A stretch of DNA of 64,000 nucleotides from a virus. Below, piece by piece: positions 16,960 to 26,145 of the stretch. The translations under genes were made by a program, and so were the position numbers. Below the pieces are notes generated by a model, which saw only the letters and a list, made by a program, of their open reading frames with translations, was not told the DNA's origin and did no database searches. Each line of letters starts with the position of its first letter. Within the stretch, counting starts at the first letter, position 1. Location of the stretch: positions 1 to 64,000 of the IMG/VR virus record IMGVR_UViG_3300028197_001024, one strand, 5' to 3'.

Positions 16960-18222
16960 ATGGAAAATGTTAAAAAAATAGGTTTCTTTAAACTAGGTAA
17001 AGCGATTAAGTTTAATGAAAACAGTTGGAGTGCAATCGGTGGTGATTGTGAACCTAAACAATTAATCTGTTCAATTGCAAAAAGAAACCCTAATATTGAA
17101 TATTGGTTATTAAGCCCAAATGATTTAGGTAAGTTTAGAGCTAAACAAAAACCTAAAGTAAATTCTTTATTTGGCCCTCCTCCTACAGATGAACCCGTAG
17201 TTCCTAATAATATTAAGGAATTTCATTCAACTATGAAGGAGAGAAAATCTACTGATGAAACTGTTGAAATTATTCAAGGTTTAGATTTAGATTTTATTTT
17301 CTTTTATACTGGTCCAACAAGTACCGTTAATATTCCAGAGTATATTAATAAGAAAGATGGTACTGGTCAAGTTAAGTCATTAGACTTCTTTAAGTATTAT
17401 GCTGCTCCTATTATTAAATCAATGAATGAGTTGGAAAAGAAAGTTCCTATTGTTGGTTTACTTGTTGATAACCGTTATATTCTTGCATGTAAAGACTGGG
17501 GAATTAATAATAGACCAACTTATTACTTAGCACAAAATACATTTACTAAAGAAGAACAATATTTCTGTAACCCACCACTAAGAGATGTTAAAACTATTAC
17601 ATCTACTTATGAATATTCAGGCATTGAAACGGTATTCTTATTAGATAAGAAAAGATATGATACTGATGAATTATTTAAAATGAAAAAGACTGATTCATTT
17701 ATGATGTTACAGAATCAAGGTAAAGGTTCAGGTGGAATGGATCGTTGGGATCCAGTAAAAGAATATATTGTTGATCAAGAAATAGAGACTGATATTTACG
17801 GAAAATGGGATGATGAGATTAAGGAAATGTATCCTAAATGGTTTAAAGGAGAAACGAGAATTGAAACAATGACCGATGAATTACTTGGTACTAAATATAC
17901 ATTCTGTGTACCTATTAAAGAAGGTATGGTAACCTCTAAGTATGCCGAAATGCTACACTATGGTATTATACCATTCTTACACCCGTCTTACGACACCGAC
18001 TTTAATGTCTTTCCAGAAGGTCATTTTATTAGATGTAAATCAGCAGAGGATTTAAAAAAGAAAATTGAATTCTTAAATGCAAACCCAGAGCATTATAAGA
18101 AATTATTTTATAACCTACAAGAAAAGTATCTTAAGGATTCTTATTATACCGGAGAACATGTAGACAACAAGATCTGGGAATCTTATGAACGAGTAACTAA
18201 AACTGAAACTATAAATGTATAA
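16960..18222 (+). CDS. GT-B glycosyltransferase resembling T4 DNA beta-glucosyltransferase
   Basis: KIGFFKLG..., LLVDNRY, and C-terminal VTSKYAEML..IPFL..YDT...SAEDLKKKIEFL parallel T4 BGT as recalled from memory. Confidence 0.65.
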   Translation: MENVKKIGFFKLGKAIKFNENSWSAIGGDCEPKQLICSIAKRNPNIEYWLLSPNDLGKFRAKQKPKVNSLFGPPPTDEPVVPNNIKEFHSTMKERKSTDETVEIIQGLDLDFIFFYTGPTSTVNIPEYINKKDGTGQVKSLDFFKYYAAPIIKSMNELEKKVPIVGLLVDNRYILACKDWGINNRPTYYLAQNTFTKEEQYFCNPPLRDVKTITSTYEYSGIETVFLLDKKRYDTDELFKMKKTDSFMMLQNQGKGSGGMDRWDPVKEYIVDQEIETDIYGKWDDEIKEMYPKWFKGETRIETMTDELLGTKYTFCVPIKEGMVTSKYAEMLHYGIIPFLHPSYDTDFNVFPEGHFIRCKSAEDLKKKIEFLNANPEHYKKLFYNLQEKYLKDSYYTGEHVDNKIWESYERVTKTETINV

Positions 18223-19237
18223 TTCCGAAACAAAAATCCTAGTCACTGGTGGTGCTGGGTTCGTTGGTACAAATTTTATTAACGATTTATTAAATAGAGG
18301 TCATAATCCAAAATGCATTGCGGTTATTGATAACATGGAGCACGGTACTTATATTGCAAAGGTACATGACCAAATTGAAAATTTTCATAAAGTAGATATT
18401 AGAAATCAATATGTAGAAAACATTATCCAAGAGTTTTCACCCGATTATGTTTACCACTTTGCTGGTTTAGTTTCTATTTATGACTGCCATGAAGATCCGT
18501 ATGAAGCCGTAGATAATAATATCTTAGGAAGTATTAATGTAATGAATGGTTGTGTAAAGGCAGATGTAAAAAGAATTATCTTTAGTGAAACTTCTGCAGT
18601 ATATGAAAATTGTGAAATGCCTAAAGAAGGATTTAACGAAAAGCAATCTGATCCTACTACAATTTATTCTACTACTAAAGCATGCCTTGCTCTATTGGCA
18701 GAATCATATCAGAGAACTAAAGGTTTAAATTATACTGCATTAAGATACTTTAATGTTGCAGGGCCTCTACAAGATTATAATAGAACCATCCCACCTGTAT
18801 TTGCTGGGTTTATTTTAAGAATTAAAGGTAATCATAATCCTATAGTGTTTGGTGATTATATGAAAGCAAGAGATTATATTGATGTATCTGATGTTAATGC
18901 ATTTCATATTCTTTGTATGGAAAATGAAAACACTGCAAACCAAACATTTAATTTAGGTACTGGTAAAATGACAAACTTAATGGATCTTAAAAATATGATT
19001 GGTGAGATTATGGGAGTTGGTGAACCTACATTTGATCACTATGATCCTATTGCAGGTGAAGCTCTAAATATTAGAGGAGATATTTCTAAAGCTAAGTCAA
19101 TGGGATGGGAACCTAAAAAAGATATCAGAGATACGATAAAAGAAACGATAGTTTATCTTGAAGAAGAAATTAACCAAGGGACTATTGATCCACTAACATT
19201 TATGGAAAATTTAGAAATCGAAAAAGTAAAAATTTAA
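18215..19237 (+). CDS. NAD-dependent NDP-sugar epimerase/dehydratase
   Basis: TGGAGFVG, YSTTK (YxxxK), LRYFNV.G, RDYIDV.D. Confidence 0.92.
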   Translation: MYNSETKILVTGGAGFVGTNFINDLLNRGHNPKCIAVIDNMEHGTYIAKVHDQIENFHKVDIRNQYVENIIQEFSPDYVYHFAGLVSIYDCHEDPYEAVDNNILGSINVMNGCVKADVKRIIFSETSAVYENCEMPKEGFNEKQSDPTTIYSTTKACLALLAESYQRTKGLNYTALRYFNVAGPLQDYNRTIPPVFAGFILRIKGNHNPIVFGDYMKARDYIDVSDVNAFHILCMENENTANQTFNLGTGKMTNLMDLKNMIGEIMGVGEPTFDHYDPIAGEALNIRGDISKAKSMGWEPKKDIRDTIKETIVYLEEEINQGTIDPLTFMENLEIEKVKI

Positions 19238-19238
19238 T

Positions 19239-20501
19239 ATGGAAAAAGAATTAAAATGGGGTACTATGATTCCGTTAATCGGTGGGAGTGCAATAGGTTG
19301 TAAAAAATCTGCAGGTAATGAGCCAGCATTTCATTTAAGCTATGAAGCAATGGCTGCTAATGAAAGTCATATCGAAAAATATTGGCCAGAAGTACCTATG
19401 TACAGATTAGATCATGAAGATTTAGATATACCTGAGAAAACATTTCAAGAAGTAGATTATGTAAATTCTGTTTGCCCGTGTGCAGGTTTGTCACAGTTAA
19501 ATTCTGCGAAAGGTAGTGCATCATCTAGAGGATCCGATGCGGTTCAAAATCAATGGATGTATAATTCAGCAGAGTATGTTTTGGAGAATGTTAAACCTAA
19601 AGTACTTTGGGGAGAAAATGCACCAGGGCTTTTTACTAAAATGGGAGAAGGTGTTGTTGACAATCTTAAAGCCATCGGTGAGAAATATGGATATAGCTTT
19701 TCATTAATTAAAACTAACACTGAGTTGCATGGAATTCCACAAAGAAGAATAAGAACATTTTATTTCTTTTGGAATACACCAACAGTTCCTATGTTAAGTT
19801 GGAAGTTTAGAGAAAAGAAAAATCTTATTGATTATCTTAATGAAATACCAGAAGATGCTACACAACAGGATATGTTTATGGTTGAAGGCAAAGTCAGTGA
19901 TCATTTTAAACCTTACGAATATGTTTTAGAAAAAGAAGGTTTAACGCATTCTGAATTTGCTGCCAAATTTAAAAAGGGTACTATCGCTCAATATCTAGAA
20001 AAGAATGAATTAATACCTGATTGTATTAAATGGTTAGAAAAACATTATCCTAAAAGAGGGTTTTCAAATAAAAAATCTACAAAGACTTTTATTGATATGC
20101 TAGAACACCAAGAATACAAAACGAGCCAAGGTTTAGGTTACTGGGATGCATCACCGCATTTCTTCCATGATTCTTTTTCTGCCCTTATAGGTAGAAACAT
20201 GTTTAATGGTGTTCATCCTATAGAAAACAGATATCTTAATGTAAGAGAAATGCTTCACTTAATGGGGCTACCTTTAGATTTTGGTATTGAAAGTTCAAGG
20301 CAAGTAAATCATATTGCACAAAATGTACCAGTTACTACTGCAATGGATATGGCAGATGAAGTAAAGAAATTTTGTAATGGAGAAGCTAAGATGACAAATT
20401 ACACCTTCTTAAAACAAGATAATACTAGTCACAAAATAATTGACTCTACTGAAATTGGAGCAGAACCAAAAAAGAAGTATAAAGTAAAAAGTATAATTTA
20501 A
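19239..20501 (+). CDS. C5-cytosine DNA methyltransferase homologue with atypical SAM-binding motifs
   Basis: Motifs IV CPCAGLS, VI GENAPGL, VIII GIPQRRIR and IX RYLNVRE..LMGLP are present. Motif I reads IPLIGG and motif X reads IAQNVP. Confidence 0.85.
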   Translation: MEKELKWGTMIPLIGGSAIGCKKSAGNEPAFHLSYEAMAANESHIEKYWPEVPMYRLDHEDLDIPEKTFQEVDYVNSVCPCAGLSQLNSAKGSASSRGSDAVQNQWMYNSAEYVLENVKPKVLWGENAPGLFTKMGEGVVDNLKAIGEKYGYSFSLIKTNTELHGIPQRRIRTFYFFWNTPTVPMLSWKFREKKNLIDYLNEIPEDATQQDMFMVEGKVSDHFKPYEYVLEKEGLTHSEFAAKFKKGTIAQYLEKNELIPDCIKWLEKHYPKRGFSNKKSTKTFIDMLEHQEYKTSQGLGYWDASPHFFHDSFSALIGRNMFNGVHPIENRYLNVREMLHLMGLPLDFGIESSRQVNHIAQNVPVTTAMDMADEVKKFCNGEAKMTNYTFLKQDNTSHKIIDSTEIGAEPKKKYKVKSII

Positions 20502-20508
20502 ATTAATT

Positions 20509-21525
20509 ATGAAAGATAAAGGATTAGCCATAGGTATATCAAGCCTAGAGTTTACTAATATCTTATGTAGTTATTATCCTAAAGGGATCAAAGAAAAATT
20601 TGATATCTATTTATTTGTGGATGATACTAAAATAGATTTAGAAAAGCTTCAGTGTATTTTTGAAGAGCATGATTTAGATATTTTTAAAAATGCAAAGATT
20701 ATAATTTTAAATGACCTTTATAACCATTACATAGAAAAACATGGTTACGAAGGAAGATCAAAAGAATTTCTATTAAGTCATGGCTGCCTCTTTAAAATAT
20801 TAATGCCTATATACTTAAAGGAAAAATTTGGAGTAAAAAGAACATTAGTATCAGATGATGATGTATTTATTTTAAACGATCTTAGTTATATGTGGGATGA
20901 ATATGAAGAGTTTGGCATAAAAAAGGAAAACTTATTTTACATTAGAAATAAAGATAAGTATGAAGTCATGGATTGTTTTAACGGTATTTTTGAATCTAAT
21001 TTTAGCTTAGATGAAATGAATGCCCTTTCCATAAATGCAGGCAATATAATATATGGAGAAGATCCTAAATTAGAATATTACTTTGAGAGATTTATGAAAC
21101 ACCCATTTATACATCATCAGTATTTTAATTTTACTGGGTATACAAGTTGGACTGTAGAACAAAGATTCCATCACTTTAATGTTCATAGGTATTTAGCAGA
21201 AGGAAGAAAGGTTAAATTTACTGAAAGTAAAGACTTAAGATTAATGCAGAATAGAGACAAGATGATGAAAGCAGGTACACCACCAGACAAATATCTTAAA
21301 GTAGTTGTACCTTCTATAATTCATTATGCAATAGGTGTAAAGAAGCCTCTATGGTTAAATGATTTTTTACCAGGATTAGAATGGAGATACGGTTTTAAGT
21401 ATGAAGCAAAATACGAACTTAAAAATATCTTATACGATAAAAATTGGTCACCGCCTTCGTTTAAAAGTATACAAAAGAATGGATTTATATTAAAAAAGGA
21501 ATTAAAAACAAAATCAATATTTTAA
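20509..21525 (+). CDS. Putative GT-A (GT8-like) glycosyltransferase
   Basis: VSDDDVF (DxD), INAG, EQ, IIHYA..K. Confidence 0.6.
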   Translation: MKDKGLAIGISSLEFTNILCSYYPKGIKEKFDIYLFVDDTKIDLEKLQCIFEEHDLDIFKNAKIIILNDLYNHYIEKHGYEGRSKEFLLSHGCLFKILMPIYLKEKFGVKRTLVSDDDVFILNDLSYMWDEYEEFGIKKENLFYIRNKDKYEVMDCFNGIFESNFSLDEMNALSINAGNIIYGEDPKLEYYFERFMKHPFIHHQYFNFTGYTSWTVEQRFHHFNVHRYLAEGRKVKFTESKDLRLMQNRDKMMKAGTPPDKYLKVVVPSIIHYAIGVKKPLWLNDFLPGLEWRYGFKYEAKYELKNILYDKNWSPPSFKSIQKNGFILKKELKTKSIF

Positions 21526-21551
21526 AAGATAAAATTACAAAAAGAAAATAG

Positions 21552-22349
21552 ATGAAAGATAGAAAAAGTATACCTGTTATTGGAGTTCCTGTAGTAAATG
21601 GAGTTCATTGGGTAAAAAGATTAATGCTATCAGTTGATTACCCTGTAGATAATTTATTTATAATTAATAATAATGGAAGAGGAGAAATTAATGAAGAATT
21701 AGATAAGTTAAAAAATATATCTAATAAATTTATTAAGAATATACACATTACACATTTACCTAGTAATTTAGGAGTCCCGGCAGCTTGGAATTTAATTATT
21801 AAATCATTTTTAATGGAGCCTTATTGGATAATTTCTAACCATGATGTTGCCTTTTCACCTGGTTTATTAGAAGAATTTTCAAATATGGCTCAGGATAAAC
21901 AAATAAGTATGATTCATCCTAGAGCAGGTGTATTTGGTGTAGGTACATATGATTTATTTGCTATAACTGAAATAGGGGTAAAAACGATAGGATTATTTGA
22001 TGAAAATTTATATCCTGCTTATGGAGAAGATACTGATTATATAATGAGAGTTCTAAATTTAAATCCAAAGGTTTGTAGAGGATTGACTTATACTTATTTA
22101 CATGGAAAAGAAATAGCCGATTGTGTCAATTATGAAAATAATGGTCGACAAACGTCTAAAGAAGAACCTCAAATGCAAGAAAAATTAAATAATGTTAATT
22201 ATAAAAATTACAAATATTTAGATGAAAAATGGGGAGAGCATTGGAGAGGTTTAACTCCTTATAAATTTCCTTTTAATAATAAAGAATATTCTAATTCTTA
22301 CACTTCATGGGATATAGATTATATAAGAGAAAAATATTTAGACTTTTAA
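21552..22349 (+). CDS. GT2-like glycosyltransferase
   Basis: IINNN, NLGVPAAWN, NHDV, IGLFDEN.YPAYGEDTDY. Confidence 0.85.
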   Translation: MKDRKSIPVIGVPVVNGVHWVKRLMLSVDYPVDNLFIINNNGRGEINEELDKLKNISNKFIKNIHITHLPSNLGVPAAWNLIIKSFLMEPYWIISNHDVAFSPGLLEEFSNMAQDKQISMIHPRAGVFGVGTYDLFAITEIGVKTIGLFDENLYPAYGEDTDYIMRVLNLNPKVCRGLTYTYLHGKEIADCVNYENNGRQTSKEEPQMQEKLNNVNYKNYKYLDEKWGEHWRGLTPYKFPFNNKEYSNSYTSWDIDYIREKYLDF

Positions 22350-22395
22350 AAATAAGGTATTAAGTATTTACTAATAATAATTTTGTACAAATAAG

Positions 22396-22429
22396 TAAAC
22401 TAAGTAACAATAATCAATATAATAATAAA
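22396..22429 (+). promoter_or_regulatory. Putative middle promoter
   Basis: TAAAC-17 nt-TATAATAATAAA. Confidence 0.7.
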
Positions 22430-22444
22430 CAAATAATATTTTAA

Positions 22445-23194
22445 ATGGAAACAAAAATTAACAAAATTGACGGTTATGAATTAAGTTCATTCGTTCGCAA
22501 ATTACTTCCAATTGACAAATTCATCTTTATGAAAATCGCAAAAGAGGGTACTGTATCTTCTGTGTATTTCCCTGAGAGGGATGCCGTAAAATTGGTTAAC
22601 ACACCTACCTCAGATATATTTGAGGCTGATATTGAAAACCCAGTAAAGGTAAGCTTTTACAATGGTACTAAAGTTATTGATGCATTAAGCCATTTTAATG
22701 GTGATGTAAAAGGTCGCATTAAATATACTGAATATGATGGAGAATTAATGGCAAGTGATTTTATTTTAGAAAATGAAGATCTTCAGATTAATTTAGCCTG
22801 TACAGATCCTTCGTTATCTTTTATGGAAATGAGTAAAGAAGAAACTGACCGAGCGTTTGATGTGGATTCTAAAATGTTTAGTTTTGATTTACTTACTACT
22901 CATGTAGATAAAATGAAATCATTATTTAATTTAGATAAAGATGAGGATATCTTTACTCTCTATATTGGAGAAAAAGGAATTAACATTAAAGGTACTTCTT
23001 ATGACGCTACGCTATGTCACTCTTATGATTCTGATGTAGAGAAAGGTTCAAAGGTTGTCATATACAAAAAATATGTTAATCTTCTAGATAAAGAAAATTA
23101 TAAGGTAAGTGTATGTGAAAACAAGGTTGTTTTCAAATCATTAGATACAAATACACACCTTACTGTGGCTGTGGCCATTACTGATGAGGATTAA
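22445..23194 (+). CDS. Probable sliding clamp (gp45-like)
   Basis: About 250 aa, acidic, alternating beta/alpha pattern, next to the polymerase. LLDKENYKVSV resembles clamp C-termini. Confidence 0.6.
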   Translation: METKINKIDGYELSSFVRKLLPIDKFIFMKIAKEGTVSSVYFPERDAVKLVNTPTSDIFEADIENPVKVSFYNGTKVIDALSHFNGDVKGRIKYTEYDGELMASDFILENEDLQINLACTDPSLSFMEMSKEETDRAFDVDSKMFSFDLLTTHVDKMKSLFNLDKDEDIFTLYIGEKGINIKGTSYDATLCHSYDSDVEKGSKVVIYKKYVNLLDKENYKVSVCENKVVFKSLDTNTHLTVAVAITDED

Positions 23195-23209
23195 TAATAC
23201 CTCAAATAT

Positions 23210-23238
23210 AAAAAGGGCATCATAATCGGTGCCCTTTT
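23210..23238 (+). terminator. Intrinsic terminator
   Basis: AAAAGGGCATC-ataatc-GGTGCCCTTTT. Confidence 0.8.
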
Positions 23239-23271
23239 AAACTTTCTTTAATCTTACCGTATAAAAATAAA
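23238..23271 (+). promoter_or_regulatory. Putative middle promoter
   Basis: TAAAC-17 nt-TATAAAAATAAA. Confidence 0.7.
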
Positions 23272-23272
23272 A

Positions 23273-24391
23273 ATGACAGAGGAATTACAAAAAATCAACG
23301 AAGAAGCATCAAAATTCTATAATTACGAACAGGCTGTTAAATTAATGCTTAACTCTATTTACGGTGCATTTGGTAATCCTTATTTTTATTTCTTTAATGT
23401 TGATATTGCAGAAACTATTACACTCCAAGGTAAAGATGCAATTCTATATACTGAACAATTAGTTAATAAGTATTTTAAGGAATTCTGGCATAAGGATTTA
23501 CCAGCTCATGCTGCTATGGGTATTACTGTAACTGGTAAAATTGAAAAACCTGTAGGTATTTATATTGATACAGATTCAGTGTATGTTAAATTTGATGAAG
23601 TAATTCAAAAATCAGAAGGCTGGGTTGGTGATGAAAAAGAATTTATACTTAAGCTTTATAAGGTTAGGTTAAATGGTTACATAGAAAAGATTCTACAAAA
23701 ATATGCAGATGATAATAATGCAGAAAACTTTTTATCTTTTGAATTAGAAAGTATTGCTAAAAATGCAATATGGTTGGCAAAGAAAAAGTATATGCAGAAT
23801 ATAGTTTGGAAGGATCCTGATATTCATTACGATGATCTCTCTAAGATTAGTTCAAAAGGATTTGAAATCATTCAGTCATCTACCCCTATTTTTGCAAGAG
23901 AAAAACTAAAAGAACTATTAACTTATATCTTTTCTGTTAGTGAATTAGATATGGGAGCCTTTGCTTCTTTACTTAAAGATGTTAAAAGGCAATTTAGATT
24001 AGCCAATGTTGATCAAATTAGTTTTTCAAGAAAAGTAAATAATTATCAAAAGTATATTGTAAATGATTATGAGCAATTTGAAATTGCATCAAAATGTCCA
24101 ATTGGTGTAAGATCTGCAGGCTATCATAATTACTTACTAAATAATTCAGGCAAGAAAGGTAAATATCAACCACTAGGAAATGGTGAAAAATGTAAAATGT
24201 ATTTTTCTGAAGATAAGTCATGTGATGTGTTTGCTTATGCACCAGGTGATTTTCCTTATGAGTTCGCGCCTAAAATAGATTATGATAGGCAATTTGAAAA
24301 AACAATATTGGATCCTATAAACAGAGTTGTTACTGCTATGGGTTTTAAAGGATTTAACAGAAATCTTATTTACACAACCAGCCTATTTTAA
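23273..24391 (+). CDS. gp43B: Family B DNA polymerase, C-terminal subunit (motifs B and C, thumb)
   Basis: KLMLNSIYGAFG, YIDTDS, AKKKY, KGFEIIQSSTP. Confidence 0.93.
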   Translation: MTEELQKINEEASKFYNYEQAVKLMLNSIYGAFGNPYFYFFNVDIAETITLQGKDAILYTEQLVNKYFKEFWHKDLPAHAAMGITVTGKIEKPVGIYIDTDSVYVKFDEVIQKSEGWVGDEKEFILKLYKVRLNGYIEKILQKYADDNNAENFLSFELESIAKNAIWLAKKKYMQNIVWKDPDIHYDDLSKISSKGFEIIQSSTPIFAREKLKELLTYIFSVSELDMGAFASLLKDVKRQFRLANVDQISFSRKVNNYQKYIVNDYEQFEIASKCPIGVRSAGYHNYLLNNSGKKGKYQPLGNGEKCKMYFSEDKSCDVFAYAPGDFPYEFAPKIDYDRQFEKTILDPINRVVTAMGFKGFNRNLIYTTSLF

Positions 24392-24407
24392 TAAAAATAA
24401 AATAAAG

Positions 24408-26114
24408 ATGAAAAAAGATTATGAATTTGTTAAAAGAATAGTTATGAATAATAAAATAAATAGCCCAGATAAGACAAACACAAAAGATTTTCATAACCTA
24501 TGTAAACTAGCATTAGATCATGGTGGTGATATATCAAAATTATTATTACCATCAAGTGAAACCATCGGTGATGGAATAACTAATGGTTCAATTTTATATC
24601 ATGAAGGTAAATGGTTATTAAATTTACGAAGAGTCGGTTATTTATTTTATCATAGCGAAAATGAACAAAAGTTTCCTTCTCCGTGGGGGCCTTTAGTTTA
24701 TCTAAACCCAGAAGACGATGTCGTATTAAGAACTAAAAATTATGTTTGTGAATTAGACGATAATTTTGAAGTATCAGATTGGAAAAAAACAAATACCGGT
24801 GGGCTAGATAAAAAACCTAAATGGTCTTTTATTGGTTTAGAAGACGCAAGACTTCAGTTTTGGAATAACACATTATACCAAACAGGAGTGAGGCGAGATA
24901 CTACTACAAACGGTGAAGGTAGAATGGAACTATCAACTGTAAAAAAATTAGATACAGAATATTTAGAAACAGATAGAGTTAGAATAACTCCACCAGATCC
25001 TAGGACTCATGCAAATGGAGGTTCTTACTGTGAAAAGAATTGGATGCCAATTAATGATATGCCTAATCATTACATTAAATGGACATTACCAACTGAAGTA
25101 GTAAAAGTTGATCCTGAAAGAGGCACATCAGAAGTAGTACATTTAGTAGACCAACCACATCTAAAGAATATAGTAAGAGACCCAAGAGGATCATCCAATA
25201 TTATTAAATACAAAGATTACTGGGTAGGTATAATACATGAAGTTGATTTATGGTTTAATGTAGAAAAGGAAAAAGATTCTATTTATTATCATAGATTTAT
25301 TGTATGGGATAAGGATTGGAATATTAAATATACTAGTGATACTTTTGATTTTATGACAGCCCGAGTTGAATTCACATGCGGTTTAGGTTTTGATGGTAAA
25401 GATTTTTTAATCCCATTTGGATTCCAGGATAGTACTTCATATTTATTAAAATTACCGACGGCTGTGTTTGAAAATATTACAAGTATGTCAAACAAAAAGC
25501 TTAAACCAAAAAAGACATATGATGAAACTAATAAAAAAAATAAAAATTTATACAATTTCATAAATGATCCTTATAATTCAATTAATGCATTTAATTTAGC
25601 AGATGAATATTTTAAAGATGGTCATTGGGCGTCAGCCTTAAGTTTTTATTTAAGGTCTGTTGAATTTACAGATGATCCTATATTGGAATATGACTCGCAT
25701 TTTATGGTATGCAGATCTATGGCAAATAGACAAAGCAGACCGATTTGCGAATTAAAGATGTGGTATCAATTAATAGAACATAGCCCAAATAGACCAGAAG
25801 GATACCAGGCAATTTCAAATTATCATTCATGGAGAGGCAATTTTCAAGAAGCTTATTTATGGTCTGATATAGGTTTAAGAAATAGTACAGTTGAACCTAA
25901 GCAGATAAGTATTAATCAAGGGCCTATAGGATATAAAAAACACTTTGAAATTCAGAAAAATTTATATGGTGGTAATGCTTATACTAAAACAGAAGACAAA
26001 TTAAATCAGCTTAAACATTATCTATCACTTGATGATAAATCTTCTTATCCACCAGATCTTCATACTTGGATTAAGGAAGAAGCTGAAAAATATAATTTAA
26101 TAAACAAATCATAA
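24408..26114 (+). CDS. Beta-propeller glycoside hydrolase/phosphorylase-like domain plus TPR-like C-terminus
   Basis: NGSI, GLEDARL, EKNWMP, RGSS, YYHRF, VEFTCGL, then helical repeats. ATG 24408 is preferred over the overlapping 24327. Confidence 0.6.
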   Translation: MKKDYEFVKRIVMNNKINSPDKTNTKDFHNLCKLALDHGGDISKLLLPSSETIGDGITNGSILYHEGKWLLNLRRVGYLFYHSENEQKFPSPWGPLVYLNPEDDVVLRTKNYVCELDDNFEVSDWKKTNTGGLDKKPKWSFIGLEDARLQFWNNTLYQTGVRRDTTTNGEGRMELSTVKKLDTEYLETDRVRITPPDPRTHANGGSYCEKNWMPINDMPNHYIKWTLPTEVVKVDPERGTSEVVHLVDQPHLKNIVRDPRGSSNIIKYKDYWVGIIHEVDLWFNVEKEKDSIYYHRFIVWDKDWNIKYTSDTFDFMTARVEFTCGLGFDGKDFLIPFGFQDSTSYLLKLPTAVFENITSMSNKKLKPKKTYDETNKKNKNLYNFINDPYNSINAFNLADEYFKDGHWASALSFYLRSVEFTDDPILEYDSHFMVCRSMANRQSRPICELKMWYQLIEHSPNRPEGYQAISNYHSWRGNFQEAYLWSDIGLRNSTVEPKQISINQGPIGYKKHFEIQKNLYGGNAYTKTEDKLNQLKHYLSLDDKSSYPPDLHTWIKEEAEKYNLINKS

Positions 26115-26134
26115 TTTTTCTATATAATAATAAA
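26101..26134 (+). promoter_or_regulatory. Putative middle promoter
   Basis: TAAAC-17 nt-TATAATAATAAA. Confidence 0.7.
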
Positions 26135-26145
26135 ATAAAACAAAT

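Noticed and set aside
6850-23330. Split intein or intron joining the polymerase halves
   Set aside because: There is no Cys/Ser-initiated intein N-block or His-Asn C-block, and both ends look like plain helical finger extensions.
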